This document shows, in pieces, positions 22,983-35,636 of a stretch of 64,000 nt of DNA. This DNA is from Coniocarpon cinnabarinum (Eukaryota). The stretch spans positions 1 through 64,000 of the forward strand of contig JAVECO010000064.1 of assembly GCA_051942205.1 (NCBI GenBank), read 5' to 3'. The first letter of the stretch is position 1; every line of letters starts with the position of its first letter. Both the position numbers and the translations under genes were made by a program. The notes beneath the pieces are model-generated. The model did not search any database. It had not been told where the DNA came from and saw nothing but the letters and a program-made list of their open reading frames with translations.

Positions 22983-25167
22983 ATGGAATCGAATATTGAG
23001 TTGCAAAACATGGATAAGTCCGGAGCCTCGCCAACTGCCATCGAATCGCTCGAGAGTGGCAACCGCGGATATGACAAAGACACGCTTGAGCTTGCAAAAG
23101 CAGGCAAAAAGCCGGTGTTAAAGGTACCACCGCAGCTTCGGAGGCAGTCAGCTTGCAGTGCACTGAGATTGTCATCGTAGCGAAGGTTTGGCCTCGTCAG
23201 CATGACCGGCTTCACTTCTAGCATCATGATCACTTGGGAAGGAGTGCTTGAGTACGAAAGCCATCAAATGCCCGAATCCCGTTCGCTGTGGCTGACAACG
23301 TTAGTAACTTTCTTTTCGGACTGGACAAGTACGTTGCACAGCCTGATGAGTGAGCGGCGTGAGAATTGACACGCGGATGTTCAAAGCGGGGGACCAGCCG
23401 GTTTGATTTATGGCTACTTGATCAGCTGGATAGGAACCATTTCTGTGTTCATAGCCATGTCAGAGCTTGCCAGTATGATCCCAGTGGTATGTCTGTCCCT
23501 CACGTTCAAACGTTAGCACGATCCTGACAAGTCACGTACGAAAAGGCTGGTATGTGATCTATTAAAAAACGAGGGAATCTTCCGGGTGTCTTGGATTGCA
23601 GCTTACGACGACAGGCGGCCAATACCACTGGACGAGTATACTTGCACCCCCATCAACAAAACGCTTCTTGAGCTACGTGACAGGTACGTGATCGGAAACT
23701 AGTCACTAAACCGCATGCTCAACGAACAGCAGGCTGGATAACCGTTATCACGTGGATGGCGGTCACCACAATAATTTCGTTCGTTCCCGCTCAACTTATT
23801 TACGCGACAGTCTCCATTGCTCATCCGGAATTCACCCAGACGGGCTGGCAGGGGACGTTGCTCATGTGGGCACTGCTCGTGTTGAACATTATCGTGAACA
23901 CCGTTTTCGGGGCCACTCTCCCCTTCCTCGAGGTGGCGATCCTCCTCTTCCACTCCCTGGGCTTCTTTGCCGTTCTCATTCCGGTTGTCTACAACGCGCC
24001 GAGAGGCAATGCCCATGAGATATTCACCCAGTTTTATAACCTCGGAGGATGGCAATCTACCGCTCTCTCATTCTTCGTCGGACTGCGTGGCAACGCAGCC
24101 GCATTTCTCGGTGAGTTTTTGCCATCTCTATGGAATCTATGACAGCACTCATCAGCGGTCGTTGCAGGTACCGACGGGGCAATTCATGTTCGTACCTATA
24201 TATGCTTGTTTTGACGCGCCGCTCACCAAGCTCACATCGAGCGCAGATGTCAGAGGAAGTCGAAAATAGCGCGATCAACGTGCCCAAGGCAATCATCTAC
24301 GCTGTCATTTTGAACGGCGCCCTCGGCTTCGCCATGCTCATTGCCGTGCTCTTCTCGGGTGGCGATCTGTATTCGGCCGCCCAAAGCGACACCAGTTTCC
24401 CCTACACCATTGTCTTCTCGAATGCACTGGCACACACTGGCGGTGTAGGTGCGGCAGTCGCGCTTTCCAGTATCATCGTGTTCTTGAACACGGTTTCTGC
24501 AATCGGCTGCATCGCAACCGCTAGCCGGATGCTCTGGAGCTTCGCCAGGGACAAAGGCGTCCCTGGATGGATGATCTGGAGAAAGGTCAGCTGCATTGGT
24601 TAATTGGGTTTTGCCGTCCGGCGTCGTAAGCTGACTGATGATCCCCTTGACAAGGTCCACCGAAAGAGCTCCATCCCACACAACGCTATCGGGCTTGTAG
24701 TAACCGTAGCCGCACTGATCGGCCTCATTAACGTCGGCTCCACCACTGCATTCGAAGACGTGGTATCACTAATCCTCGAGGGCTTCTACAGCTCCTATCT
24801 CATCGCTATATCTCTCCTCCTCTACCGAAGAGTGCGCGGCGAGGTGATCGATCCCGCCTCGACACAGGCGGACGATCGAAGCGCCAAAAACACCGAAGGG
24901 TTGTATTTCTGGGGCCCCTGGAGGATCAAGGGCATCCTGGGCATCATCAACAATGCCTTGGCCTGTGCGTACCTGACCATGATTATCTTTTTTGGGTTCT
25001 GGCCCGCGTCGAAGAACGTCACTTCGGTCAATATGAATTACAGTGTGGTTATCATGGGCGGCATTACGATACTCAGCGTGGCTTATTACTTCTTCAAAGC
25101 GAAAAGACAATACAATGGACCGATTGTCGAGGTCGAGGTTCAGCAAGCTGCAAAGGCATCTTTTTAG
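22983..25167 (+). CDS. APC-superfamily amino acid/choline/GABA permease (Hnm1/Uga4-like)
   Basis: KKPVLK/RRFGLVSM, NGGPAGLIYG, MSELASMIPVAGGQYHW, HMSEEVENSAINVPKAI, ASRMLWSFARDKGVP, NMNYSVVI. About nine introns, with micro-exons of 24, 4 and 20 nt. Confidence 0.9.
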
Positions 25168-25331
25168 GGGTGGAAAGTTTGTCCGGCAAACAGCGAGAGC
25201 GTATTTGCTGGAGGCGAGATGAGAGAGCAAGGCGTTTCTGCGCTGTACATTCGATGCCACGCCACTTGTAAATTAGTCCCTTCGTAGTATGTGCATCATA
25301 GAGATCAAGAGGTATGACCAAACAGCTGCCA

Positions 25332-26964
25332 TCATTCTAGAATACGTAGAACGCGCGATGCCCTGATTCTCTCCCCATAGAAAACCAAGCAGAACGGCAA
25401 AGGCGCAAACGCGAGCCCCAAAAAGCCCAGCGTCGTATTGCCCCAGCCGAGTCCGATTTTAGCATACAGTGGCGGCCCGCACAGGGGCATCAAAGCAGCG
25501 GACACATTCATGGGCACGAGCATTCCCGCTACGGCTGTCGCGCCGTGGATGCCGAAGGCGTCAATGATGTAGCTTCGAGTGGTGATTGAGGTTACGACGT
25601 AGCCGACGCCGATGAGAGCCAGACCAATCGACGGTACGATCCAATGTACGTGTTTCTCCGTCGCCCAGCCGAAGATGTAGAGACCCATTGGGATTGTGAA
25701 ACAGGTTACTAGCAGTGGTGGGAGGCGTCGTTCGGGCGTCACTGCGATTGATCCTGGTCTTCGTGACGAGGGGCGAGTGATGAGCCAGTCTAGAGTGAAA
25801 CGACAGCTGAGGCTCCCTATAACAAATCCAACACCTGTAGAGCATAATCAGTGAGGAGCGTGGTTGGTTTCGTCATCGAACGCTTGCCTTACTGATGCCG
25901 AGAAACGCAAGACCTGAAGCTCCTTCTGAGAAGTGATACACTTCTTGGAACACGGGGGAAATGACAGTAAATACCAAGTACGTCAGCCCCAAGAAGACGC
26001 TCGTCTGCAGCGTCAAAAGCGTGAGCATTGGCGCCGTGATGAGATACTTCATGGGCCGCACGAATGCGTCTCGAGCAAGTGCCTGAAGGGACTGTCCGGT
26101 ATCGTATTTCGACCTGAGCACCGGTTTCTCCGTGGATGTCGCGTTCAATTCGCGTGCACATCGAGCCAGTATACGGACCTTGTACGTCTCGCGAAAGAAG
26201 AGTCCACAGAGAATCGTGCACGCGGCGGCCATCATACTCGGAAGCCAGAAGACCCATCGCCAACCCTGATTCTGGCCGAGGTAACCACCGATGATCGGCC
26301 CGATCACTGGACTCATCACAGTGGCGAGGACCATGGTTGACAGTGTTCGACCGCGCTCTTCTTTGACATACAAGTCACCCACGATGGCTGGATTCAACGT
26401 CGCGGAAACGGCGGTGGCTCCTGAGAGGAATCGAAAAGCAATCAACATGTTGATGGACCGGCTCAGGGCACAGCCAACTAGAAAGGCGGTATAAGCCAGA
26501 GTAGCACATTGAATCACGGGGCGTCGGCCATAGATCTCAGATAAGGGACCATAGAATAACGCCCCGACAATCTCGCCGATCTCCCATATTGAAACAAGCA
26601 GAGTGCGATACAGGGTGCTGGTAGAATTCAAGTCCTGTAGAATTTGTGGAGATACCGGGGCGGGGATGATCGTAGCAATCTGGCTGTTTATTGCGTTCAA
26701 ATCAGCAGCGGCGGACTGAAGCGATGCGTGGTCGTCAGTGGATCTCACTCACTCAGTGATGTTCAGAACTATCAGCAATGCTATGACAGTGTGTTTGCGA
26801 CATTGCGACCAGTTGTGCGGGTTCTTTGGGTCGTCTGGCTGGAAGTCAAGTGTCCCGTCCTCATGGTTGTCTCTCGAGGGAGTATCAGATCCTAGGATCC
26901 CCTCTTCAACATGTGCAATGCTTGCCGGAGATATAGCATCACCGGATGCTACATCGTTGGCCAT
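25332..26964 (-). CDS. MFS drug:H+ antiporter (DHA1, 12 TM)
   Basis: DDPKNPHNWS...K, GPLSEIYGRRP, GDLYVKEERG, GPIIGGYLGQNQGWRWVFW, PERRLP, PLYAKIGLGWGNTTLG. Two introns. Confidence 0.9.
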
Positions 26965-27900
26965 GTTCGAATTTTTTCAGTGAGCTCATTGACGCTCCAC
27001 GATCACTGAAGAGTTTCATAATGTTGTACTTGAATGACCCAGCCAGCAGGTTCTGATGCTTGCGGACACGCGAGCATCCTGCAAGTTGACACATTTGGAC
27101 GTATTCTTGGCAGCTTCTACTTACTCGTCTGATGCGAGGCAGAAGGACCTTAGCAGATGTGTGACGAGTCACGCATGAGGTTGCATTACCTCTACATTGG
27201 CAGACAGGCATTAGTAAGAGTCACTTACTGGGCTGATCAGGCAGCGCATCATTTGTTGAGCCGCCATCATATTGCTGAGGCCGTTGACCTCAACGCAGTG
27301 TTCAATTCGAGGTAAATGCTCCTAGAGCAAAGGCTGCTCGAAGAAGTTGACTCGGGCTATACACCAGGTCACACATGGATGATATGTTGAATGATGAGGA
27401 TGATCTTGATTCGAAAAACTGGTTATACCAATACGGAGTAAGCCCCACGTCAAATCAATCCGGAGGGGCCGATACCAGGCAGGGTCACAACAATTATCAT
27501 ACTTCCAATGCTTGGCCGATGCAGGTGACACCATCCCGTGTATTGATGTGTCCCCTCTGCACCTTCGCTGCTCTCGCCTTTGACCATGGGCTGTAGATTT
27601 TTCCGGAACAACCATCTGATGCGTCATTGGGCTTGGCACACTCTGGATGTCTACCCAAAGCATCGCAGGAATTCGCCCACACGCTCGTACTTTGTGTTGA
27701 GAGTGGGAGGTGCAAATTGTACCCGGTGCATTTCTTCATATTCAAGATGTCGCTGTGGTCACAGAAAGGCAGGAGTTGCTTTACCCAAATGCGACACGTT
27801 CGGCGACTATATGCAAATGAGTCGAGATTCCAACATCGCACAATGCTAGCTCTCTATCCAACCGTGGCGCCAATCATCTCATGCCATGTCATGGACACAT

Positions 27901-29570
27901 TTACGCGTATTCTCTCATAAACCCTTCATGGAACCGCTCAATCCTCCCCACCCACTCTGTCCCTGGGGCGAGGAACGTCGTGCGGAAATGGCACGTGCCC
28001 TTGGCCTGTCCGAAGCCGGTACCAGGAACCATGCACACGCCTGTCGCATCCAGCATCTTGCTCACGTAAAATTCATCCGGCGTCTTACTTTCTTTCTGCG
28101 CCGCCGTCACCGCATTCTGCGGTAAGTGAATCGTGGGGTAGAGATACATGGATCCCTGCGGCGATTGACACTCTACTCCCTCCATCTTCTCGAACGCATG
28201 GTATAACGCGTTGGCACGCTCGCGCAGGCCGTTGAATATGCTGTCGTATTCCTGGCGATATAGCTCATATGAGGCATCGCCGGGTCTCGGCGGGTTCACC
28301 ATCGTTTCGACGATGCACTGGCCGATTACGGGCGGGCAGAGGGAGATGCTGATGAATTTGTAGATTTGTGCGACGACGTCTGGATCGAAGCCCACAAGCT
28401 CCATGTATCCGCCGCGATGTCCGCATTCGCCTACCATGCCCTTCGATATGGAATGCAGGGATGCAAGCTCGAGTGTGTCAAATCGGCCGCTGCTGTTGGC
28501 TGTCTTGTCCTCTTGCAGATCCCGTAGTCCGCGTTTGAAGCTATAGAACTCGCCCTCGAACACGTTGGTCTGGTAGACTTCATCAGCGAGAACGACGAGA
28601 TCTTCTTGTGCAGCGAGCTCGAGAATCGCGCGAATGTCTTTCGATGGGAGCGATGCGCCTGTTGGGTTGCCTGGGTTGATCACCACAATGGCGCGGACGT
28701 CTGTGCCCTGCGCGCGAGCTTTGCTGAGTGCCGTCCTGATCTTGGAAATGTCGGTGGACCATGCGGTGGGCTCATCTAGCTCATAGGGGACGCAGGTGGA
28801 GTCGAGTAGAGAGAGCGTGGCAGTGTAGAGGGGGTACTGAGGAATGGGGACGAGGACGCCTGTGGATTGGGAAGCGCAGATGATGTGCATGAGGGTGTTG
28901 ACGCCTGAGGAGGCGCCTGCGGTGAGGTAGACGGAGTTAGGATCTGAGGGATAGCCATCGCGCTCTGTAGTATGTCAGTAATGGTGTTTATGCAAGCGTA
29001 GATTGGGTGTGCAAGGAGCGCACCTTCTATGAATCGCGCCACGCTTTGCCTTATTCCAGGTGCGCCCTGGCTTTGACTGTACGCTCCCACACTCTTGACA
29101 TCGTTTAACAGCCGGCGCGCGCGATCAATGACATCCTGCTTGTAGCCCAGTGATCCAATCAAGACATCGCCATGCTGTAACAAGTCTGGGTTTTCCACCA
29201 GACTGGCGACCTGGCGAAAGAAGGTGATGGGTTTCTGGTCGAGCTGCTGTGGATTGCCAATATTTGCAGAGATCACAGAATCAAACGGCAGCGAGTCGTC
29301 CGGCGGCGTTGGCGGTCTGTCTTTAGCTAGTTGCGATCTGTATTTCTCAGCGCGGACGGCCAGCTCGCCTCTAACAGCATATTTTGCGGCTTTAACATTG
29401 GGATTGATGTTGTTAATATTAAGAGATCGGCGAGGCTTTGATGTGGACATAACTCGGCGTTGGTGTGGCAGTCTTAGAGGAGAACAGGTGGTCGATGGGA
29501 ATGGGACAAAGAGGGAGCGTGATAGAGGGGAGAAACAGGATTTGGGGAGCGTGTGCAGATGGCCAGCCAT
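27901..29570 (-). CDS. ALT1: Alanine aminotransferase (PLP-dependent, class I/II)
   Basis: AKYAVRGELA, ANIGNPQQLDQKPITFFRQV, INPGNPTGA, ADEVYQTN, PLP lysine motif SLHSISKGMVGECGHRGGY, HFRTTFLAP. Intron 28965-29023. Confidence 0.96.
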
Positions 29571-29704
29571 TGTCGTAACAAGGCTTAGACTAGGCCACGA
29601 TCTGAAGATGATTCATTTAAGGTCGCGTGGATTTCCGGTCCGCACGCGGAGCGCGCTCGCTATAGTCGCGAGTGCGTCGTGTAAGCTCTGGATGCACGCG
29701 GAGT

Positions 29705-29711
29705 TGAGTCA
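29705..29711. promoter_or_regulatory. Gcn4/CpcA recognition element (TGAGTCA) upstream of ALT1
   Basis: Perfect TGA(C/G)TCA 135 bp upstream of the first ALT1 ATG. Amino-acid metabolism genes are canonical Gcn4/CpcA targets. Confidence 0.55.
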
Positions 29712-29973
29712 AGCGCCGACGTTGCAGCATCGTAGACTACGAGTGAGCTATTGCGCGCTCTGGACAATATACACGGCGACCTGTCTGAGCGGCGTGACGC
29801 AAAGGTGAAGCAGCTGTGCCAGATCTTGCATCAGGATGTGCCCCCCATTGGCCAATCACATTCGAACAGCCAAGGAATCGCTTCAGACGAAAATTGCTCG
29901 CCCGGAGAAAGCGTGTTGCGACCAGTATAGACTTATCCTTGGTACAGAGTAATCATCTATCAACGCCTGTGCG

Positions 29974-31411
29974 CTAATCAAACACAATCTTTTGGCCCTC
30001 ATAGGGCTTCACCTCCGTGGAACTCTTCGAATGCTTCTTTGCTTCCCACGATGGATGCAAAGTCCCAGTGTCGTCGCGCGTACGCTTCGTATTCGACGGA
30101 CCATTATTCCGACGAGCTTGGAATGGTGCTGTCTCTCTCTCTGGCTTCTGCTGCCTTGCAAGGCGCTCCCTATCATCTTTAGGACCCCTTGCGCCTCTCT
30201 TCAGGTCCCAGCCATCATCCCTGCCGCGCTTACCTTTGCCCTGCTTGGGCTTCTGTAAATGCTTCGCCTGCCAACCGAACTTCTGCTCCCATATCTGCTG
30301 GCGCGCACGCTGACCTCGACGGTTTCGTTTTCGAGGTGCATCGGATACTGACTCTGCGTCACTACCATCTGAGTCTGAAGCGGAGAGGTATCCCACGTTG
30401 GTCAAGGATGGCAGCAGCGCGCTATCAGTATGATCTGAGCGACTCAGAGATTCCGATGGCTGCATCTGGCTACCCTGCTCCCTCGAAGTAGATACACGCG
30501 CTTCGTCATCATTTGCTTCGGGAGATAGCGCATCTTCACTTTCAGAGCCGGACCATTCATCGTCCGTTCTCGCCAGCGCATTTTCAGGCTCACGTGATCC
30601 AGACATTGAGTCTGCTCCGTCTGAATCTGGGGCCAACCGAGCGTGAAACTGTTTCTCCAGGGCTGCAACATCTGTGTCTCCCTCACTGTCTGAAGCGTGC
30701 TCGCTTTCGTCGTCGCTGCTTTGCGAGATCTTAGCTGACTTGTCGTTGACCGCTTCAGACGAGACTTTGGGCTCCGCTTTGGCAGAGACCGGTTCTGAAG
30801 ACACGCTCGACCGGTGGGAGGCGCTTTTCTTACCGTCAGTCTTGGAAACTTTGCCCTTGACATTGGGTCTTGGCGCGATCTCGCTGCAAGCTTGTAGATA
30901 GCTCATGATCTCTTTTACCGCAGTCTTCACCGGATTAGCGTTATATAGACGTGCAGTCACATTGATCGTAGCCTGGTCTTTTGCCGGCCTTTGTGGGACA
31001 CTTGCACTCTCAACCAGCGCATCGACTTGGGAAAGGGCTTTGTCTCGGGCTATCAATCTCGACAGATACGCATGCGCGACTTGACCAGCATCAAGAGTCT
31101 GTAACATTATTAGTTGCACCTTAATGACTAGGCGGTTCGAGTGATAACAAGCATTCAGAACAACTTACCTTCCAAGCTTCGATCTCTAACTGGATACGAC
31201 CAAGATCCTCTGGATCCGAGGTTTTGTGTGCAGTCTTTTGGCGTCGACTCAGCTTCTGCCTCTCAAAGCCCTTGGCCAACTTTAAGGCTCGGTGTAATTT
31301 CTTTCTAGATTGAGATACGGCTTCATCGAACGATTCTGTTCGAAATCTTTTGCGGGCGCCAGCGCGAGCGGCTGCGGCATCGTCGCTTTCATCAAATTTC
31401 CTTTTGCCCAT
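29974..31411 (-). CDS. BUD22: Bud22/SRFBP1-family ribosome biogenesis protein
   Basis: LHRALKLAKGFERQKLSRR, NVTARLYNANPV, RKRNRRGQRARQQIWEQKFG, LHPSWEAKK...GQKIVFD. One intron near 31100-31168. Confidence 0.9.
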
Positions 31412-31557
31412 TGTAGCTAATCTTACTCTCTAGCAGAGGTGACTACTGGAGTCAGGCCAAGCAGCCGCTGCGGTGTACGTTTGCGCTTCCAGACGCATTG
31501 GTGGGAAGCGAAAGATGCACGCGAACGTTTCTTTCTATGGAAGGCACCTGATGAATC

Positions 31558-31588
31558 CACGTGACAGCTGGCTCTCTTGTCACGTGAT
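31558..31588. promoter_or_regulatory. Two CACGTGA E-box (Cbf1-type bHLH) motifs upstream of BUD22
   Basis: CACGTGAC at 31558-31565 and GTCACGTGAT at 31579-31588, about 150-175 bp upstream of the ATG. Confidence 0.4.
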
Positions 31589-34341
31589 GTGCTTGCACTA
31601 GCGCCATGCGAAAATACACGCAAAGCTTTTGCGTACTGCGTGCCCGTTGAAATCGTGAAAGTGGTCTTGCAAGCCTGTGCCTATGACCAGTCTCGTAAAC
31701 TCTTGGTAATGCCGTTAGATTTTTCCAGGGACGGGAATCGAAATTCTATGCCCGTAGTATCGACAGCTTATGAGCTATACTTGCATGATGCATACGATGC
31801 AAGGCTCTAATAGCAAGCTCATTTGACTCTCATCACAGGTGCCTGAGAAAAAGTGAAGCCTAATATCGCAAACAAATGTGGAAACCTATTGCAAGGAATC
31901 ATTACCACTTGATAATCTACACGTCTTCCAGGAAACTTTCATACTGAACGGCACATGAGCTCTAGACTCATGGCTATGGCTCTGATGATGCGATGTTGGG
32001 GCACGTTCGTCCGATTCCAGAGATTTTCCTGGCTTCCTATCACACATACTTGAGACTGAGGGTCAGAAGCAACATTTCTATTAGCACTCCATGAGCCATC
32101 GCCAACGATTAGAGTTATTTTACAAGCAGAGGCAGCCTTGACTGAGCTCGTGTCGGTAGCCGATTGGCTTCTCCTGTGGTTTCGTCCCTTCTACTTCTAT
32201 TTTTCCACACTAGTAAAGGCTAAAAATCCTCGAGAGATCTCCACACGTAGAGAGCACCCAACCAAAATATCCCAGCAGCATAAATAGAAATAAAGTCAGT
32301 GAGAAGAAATGTATATCGTCGCCTACGCAGCATGCTTCTACAACTCTCGAAAGCATCCGTCCGAGTGGCTGTAGTGCAACGAAAAGCATGAAGGCTCAGT
32401 CATTCGTTACGGCTATGAACTCTACTCCAACAGTGCGGTAGCCATTGATCGTAAAGACAATTGAGTGACTGAGGCCGAGCTGAGCCCATAGAAGATGACG
32501 AAGGTGTACCCGGCACGGCAATGCTTTCATGCTTCTGAGTCGGGATAAGAAGCTTTTAGTAGAAGCGGAGAGGGTTGACCTCTTGCAGGGATGACTGCTG
32601 AGCTTTCGAAAATTCTCCACGAGCATTCACATGCGCAGTGTTTGCTCGATTGTGTCACTGCGTAAATTGCTGATCAGAACGTGGACAATCACTTTCACGT
32701 TGATACGACACCGTTCAACGGTGACTTGTACACTGAGTGTGAGAAGCGCTTGAGCGATGCTGTAGGTTCGAAGGGGAAAGAGTGTGTGTACATGCCACCT
32801 CGCATCCACATGTCTTTGTCGTTGCGAGACCGACGCGTACTTCTAAACTGACATGTCAGTGACCGACAGATTCTCGGTGTGCTGGGCAGACATCCTACAC
32901 ATGAGGGCAGCAAATATAGCAAGATGCTTGCATAGTAGCTCTGCGAATCTACATGAATGGATGACATGCGGCTGGCCGCCGCTGCAGCGGCTTCGACCGT
33001 GGCATTATCGCAAGTGGCAGGCTTGAAATAAAGTGGCTGAGATTGAAGCAGTGGGGTCTGGTAAGCACAGGGGCTGAAATGTTACAGTCACACAAGAGCA
33101 AGGCGCCGTACCAAATTCATGAAGCGTAAGATGCACATGAAAATTCTCCACTCTGCCACTGAATAAATCTATCGAATTATCAGTGGTGTCCCCGAAACAA
33201 AACAGCTGTGAACTTCCACAACATCTGGGTTCTGAAGTGACGAAATGCCTGTCCTGACATTTAACATGCGGCAAGGTAAAGTTCGTGCTCCAAATCGAAT
33301 CAGTCTTGAATTCTCCGTTAATGTGATGAAACTTAGAACAAGACTCCGTCGCGGGGCGCAATCCCCTTGCTGGAGACAGACTTAGAAAGCCTTGAACTCT
33401 ACATGATACCTGACCGATTTCCAAGAAGAGCTTTCAAGCCGCTTTTTCCTGCTCTGAGTTCCGCTTACTATTTTTGGAGGCAGCAAGTGGATCACTGTTG
33501 GATGGCGAGTAGCAGAGTCCAAAGACTGAAACATGGAGCACGTTTCAATTGATGTCAAGTCTGTCCCACTACAACGTCAAGACGATTTATGAGATGGTTT
33601 CGACTAGATAGGTTGAGTACCCAAGTGCGGATCTGAGAGCAAGATCTGTTGGAAATGGCACTGGAACACGTTACGTCGGTCCGCAAACAAGCCCCCGCGC
33701 CTTCTCGCACAAAGCGGTATTGATGCACCACTCAGGCACTGAATTGAGCTCAAACGTCAATACACGTTTTAAAAACAAATTGTGAGCGCGACTCAACTCG
33801 ACTCGCGGATCGCCGGATTTGGTAAGCGGTCATCCATACCTTCGGACCGCACGTGGCATCCTACAGAGTCTTTGCAGCGGGGAACCTTATTCCATCGCGT
33901 TGGTGGCCCGAGCTTGCTCGTACAATTTCGCCGAGGAAGCCCTGGTCACCAACCAGAACATCTAACGTTCCGGGCTGCCTTTACCCTGTAGAGCAAATGC
34001 GGGCGATCAACAACGCTCACATCGGTTATCAGACCCCGTCTGCCAAATGTCGAGAGCCCGCAGTGGCTTTGACACTGAGACATGTCGCGCCCAGAAGAAA
34101 GACACGTGGAAGACTATGGACGTAAGAAGCGTCGTGTTCAAAGAGAGATTGAATATTTAACCAGCCTTCTGTCACACAGTATCGAGTCAACAGACAAGAA
34201 CAATTTCCTCATCTTTAAAACACAATCCTTGAAAAAAGCAACTTCGTTTTCCTACGATCCTTATTCATTCAATTTAACCCAAGGTTCGTATTCGCGTGCC
34301 ACGCAATTCCAGCGTCTCAAAGCTGACCAATTCCTCTCAAG

Positions 34342-34563
34342 ATGTCCGACAAATCGCAATGGGAACAACTGAGCCTGAAGGAGAAGCAGGACTTGAAGGA
34401 CAAGCGAGCTCAACAGACTCAAGACAAAGGCACTCAGACAGGAGGGACCTCAAGCGGCGGTGTAAGCAAAGGAACCCAGACAGAGACTGGTGGGAGCAGT
34501 GGGAGCTTAACAGCTGGTCACAAGCACACGTTAGAGCACATCATCCACCCGCGCACCAAGTGA
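34342..34563 (+). CDS. Orphan 73-aa microprotein with two (D/S)KGTQT motifs
   Basis: The ATG directly follows a canonical 5'UTR intron 34284-34341 (GTTCGT...GCTGAC...CAAG). AT-rich TATA-like element near 34152. The two KGTQT copies differ only at synonymous positions. Confidence 0.62.
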   Translation: MSDKSQWEQLSLKEKQDLKDKRAQQTQDKGTQTGGTSSGGVSKGTQTETGGSSGSLTAGHKHTLEHIIHPRTK

Positions 34564-35176
34564 AGGCAAGAGAGAGGAGTGCTCCGGCTGCGCAGCCCCG
34601 AATAATTTATGGATAGGGTAGAAGACCTTTACCCATGCCTGGACGATTTGGCGACGGCACGTCTGTGATGTGAAACCTACTTTGATGTCTGCTGGTTGGA
34701 CATCCACACTCGTTTAGCTTAGTGAAAGGGATCCCTTACAACATCTTTTCCGACGTCTTCTTAACCCTTAAAGCTTTCGTGAAAGATATTTCGTCTCGCG
34801 GTCTACCTCGGTACACAGGATGTAGCACAGACCAATTTCAATGATGAGTGGCAGATCGGGTGCGTCTTGGCTGATTCGGCACGCTATCTCGAATACACAG
34901 CACAAACTGCATAGCGGCGTTTTTGATATAGAAGGTGCGTTTCTTGGCGGGGCCTCTTCACGGCGACTTATTGAATATTGATACTGGCGCATCGTTGGAG
35001 CTCTGCTGTGCGCGTGACCCCACGTGATACGTATTGCAGTGATCGGAGGTCAGACGGCTAAGTAAGACTGCGAAACGATTGATGTTGAAATAGAGATGTG
35101 ATGGACATGCAGGACAAGGCGCTTACACACTTGGTTGCTTGCCTACTTGCTGGCGCTTGAATACTTACTTGGTTGC

Positions 35177-35500
35177 TTACCTACTTGCTGCAGCGAAGAA
35201 GCCGGAAAGGCTTGTTATGCCGGCTGGCATTTGGACTTCAAGCGCCTTACCATGAAAGCAAATATGCTTTCTTGACCTCTGCAAGTGCAGCGGTACTTGC
35301 ACGACAGCAAGCAGAATGTTCGCGTTCGAGCTCTCACCCGCAAAGACGATGCGAGACGCTGGCACCGATGCATGGCCACTAGCACCTGCAAGTAGCGTAA
35401 AATATACAACAAGGACATCCAGTAGTTGTGTGAGAAAGGGCAGCTCTGTCGCGTGGCGATATTGCACCGCTAGGCAACAGCCTTTGGTGAGAGTAGCTAA
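35177..35500 (-). pseudogene. Degenerate alpha/beta-hydrolase (HSL/lipase-like) fragment
   Basis: QYRHATELPFLTQLLDVLVVYFTLL...VPASRIVFAGESSNANILL resembles YRLAPQHPFP...IVFAGDSAG, with an eroded nucleophile motif and no intact N- or C-terminus. Confidence 0.55.
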
Positions 35501-35636
35501 ACGCTGAGTGGTGCGTCGTGCGGCGCCCGGACTTCCATAGATAAATCCTCCGCCATAATGCTTTTAGAAGATTCCGTCCCCTAATCGACCATAGCTGGCA
35601 AGGACGCGCTGAAGCACTACGCATCATTCCGGCGAA

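Noticed and set aside
29224..29808. 194-aa ORF antisense to ALT1 (and similar antisense ORFs within the NOT4 exon, the MFS and TF genes)
   Set aside because: Shadow frames of well-supported genes on the opposite strand.
31650..34100. Possible transposon or RIP-mutated element in the gene-poor interval
   Set aside because: No transposase or reverse-transcriptase motifs, terminal repeats or obvious dinucleotide bias seen by eye.
35131..35190. Near-perfect 22-bp direct repeat TTGGTTGCTT(G/A)CCTACTTGCTG
   Set aside because: A local duplication at the edge of a pseudogene with no evidence of function.
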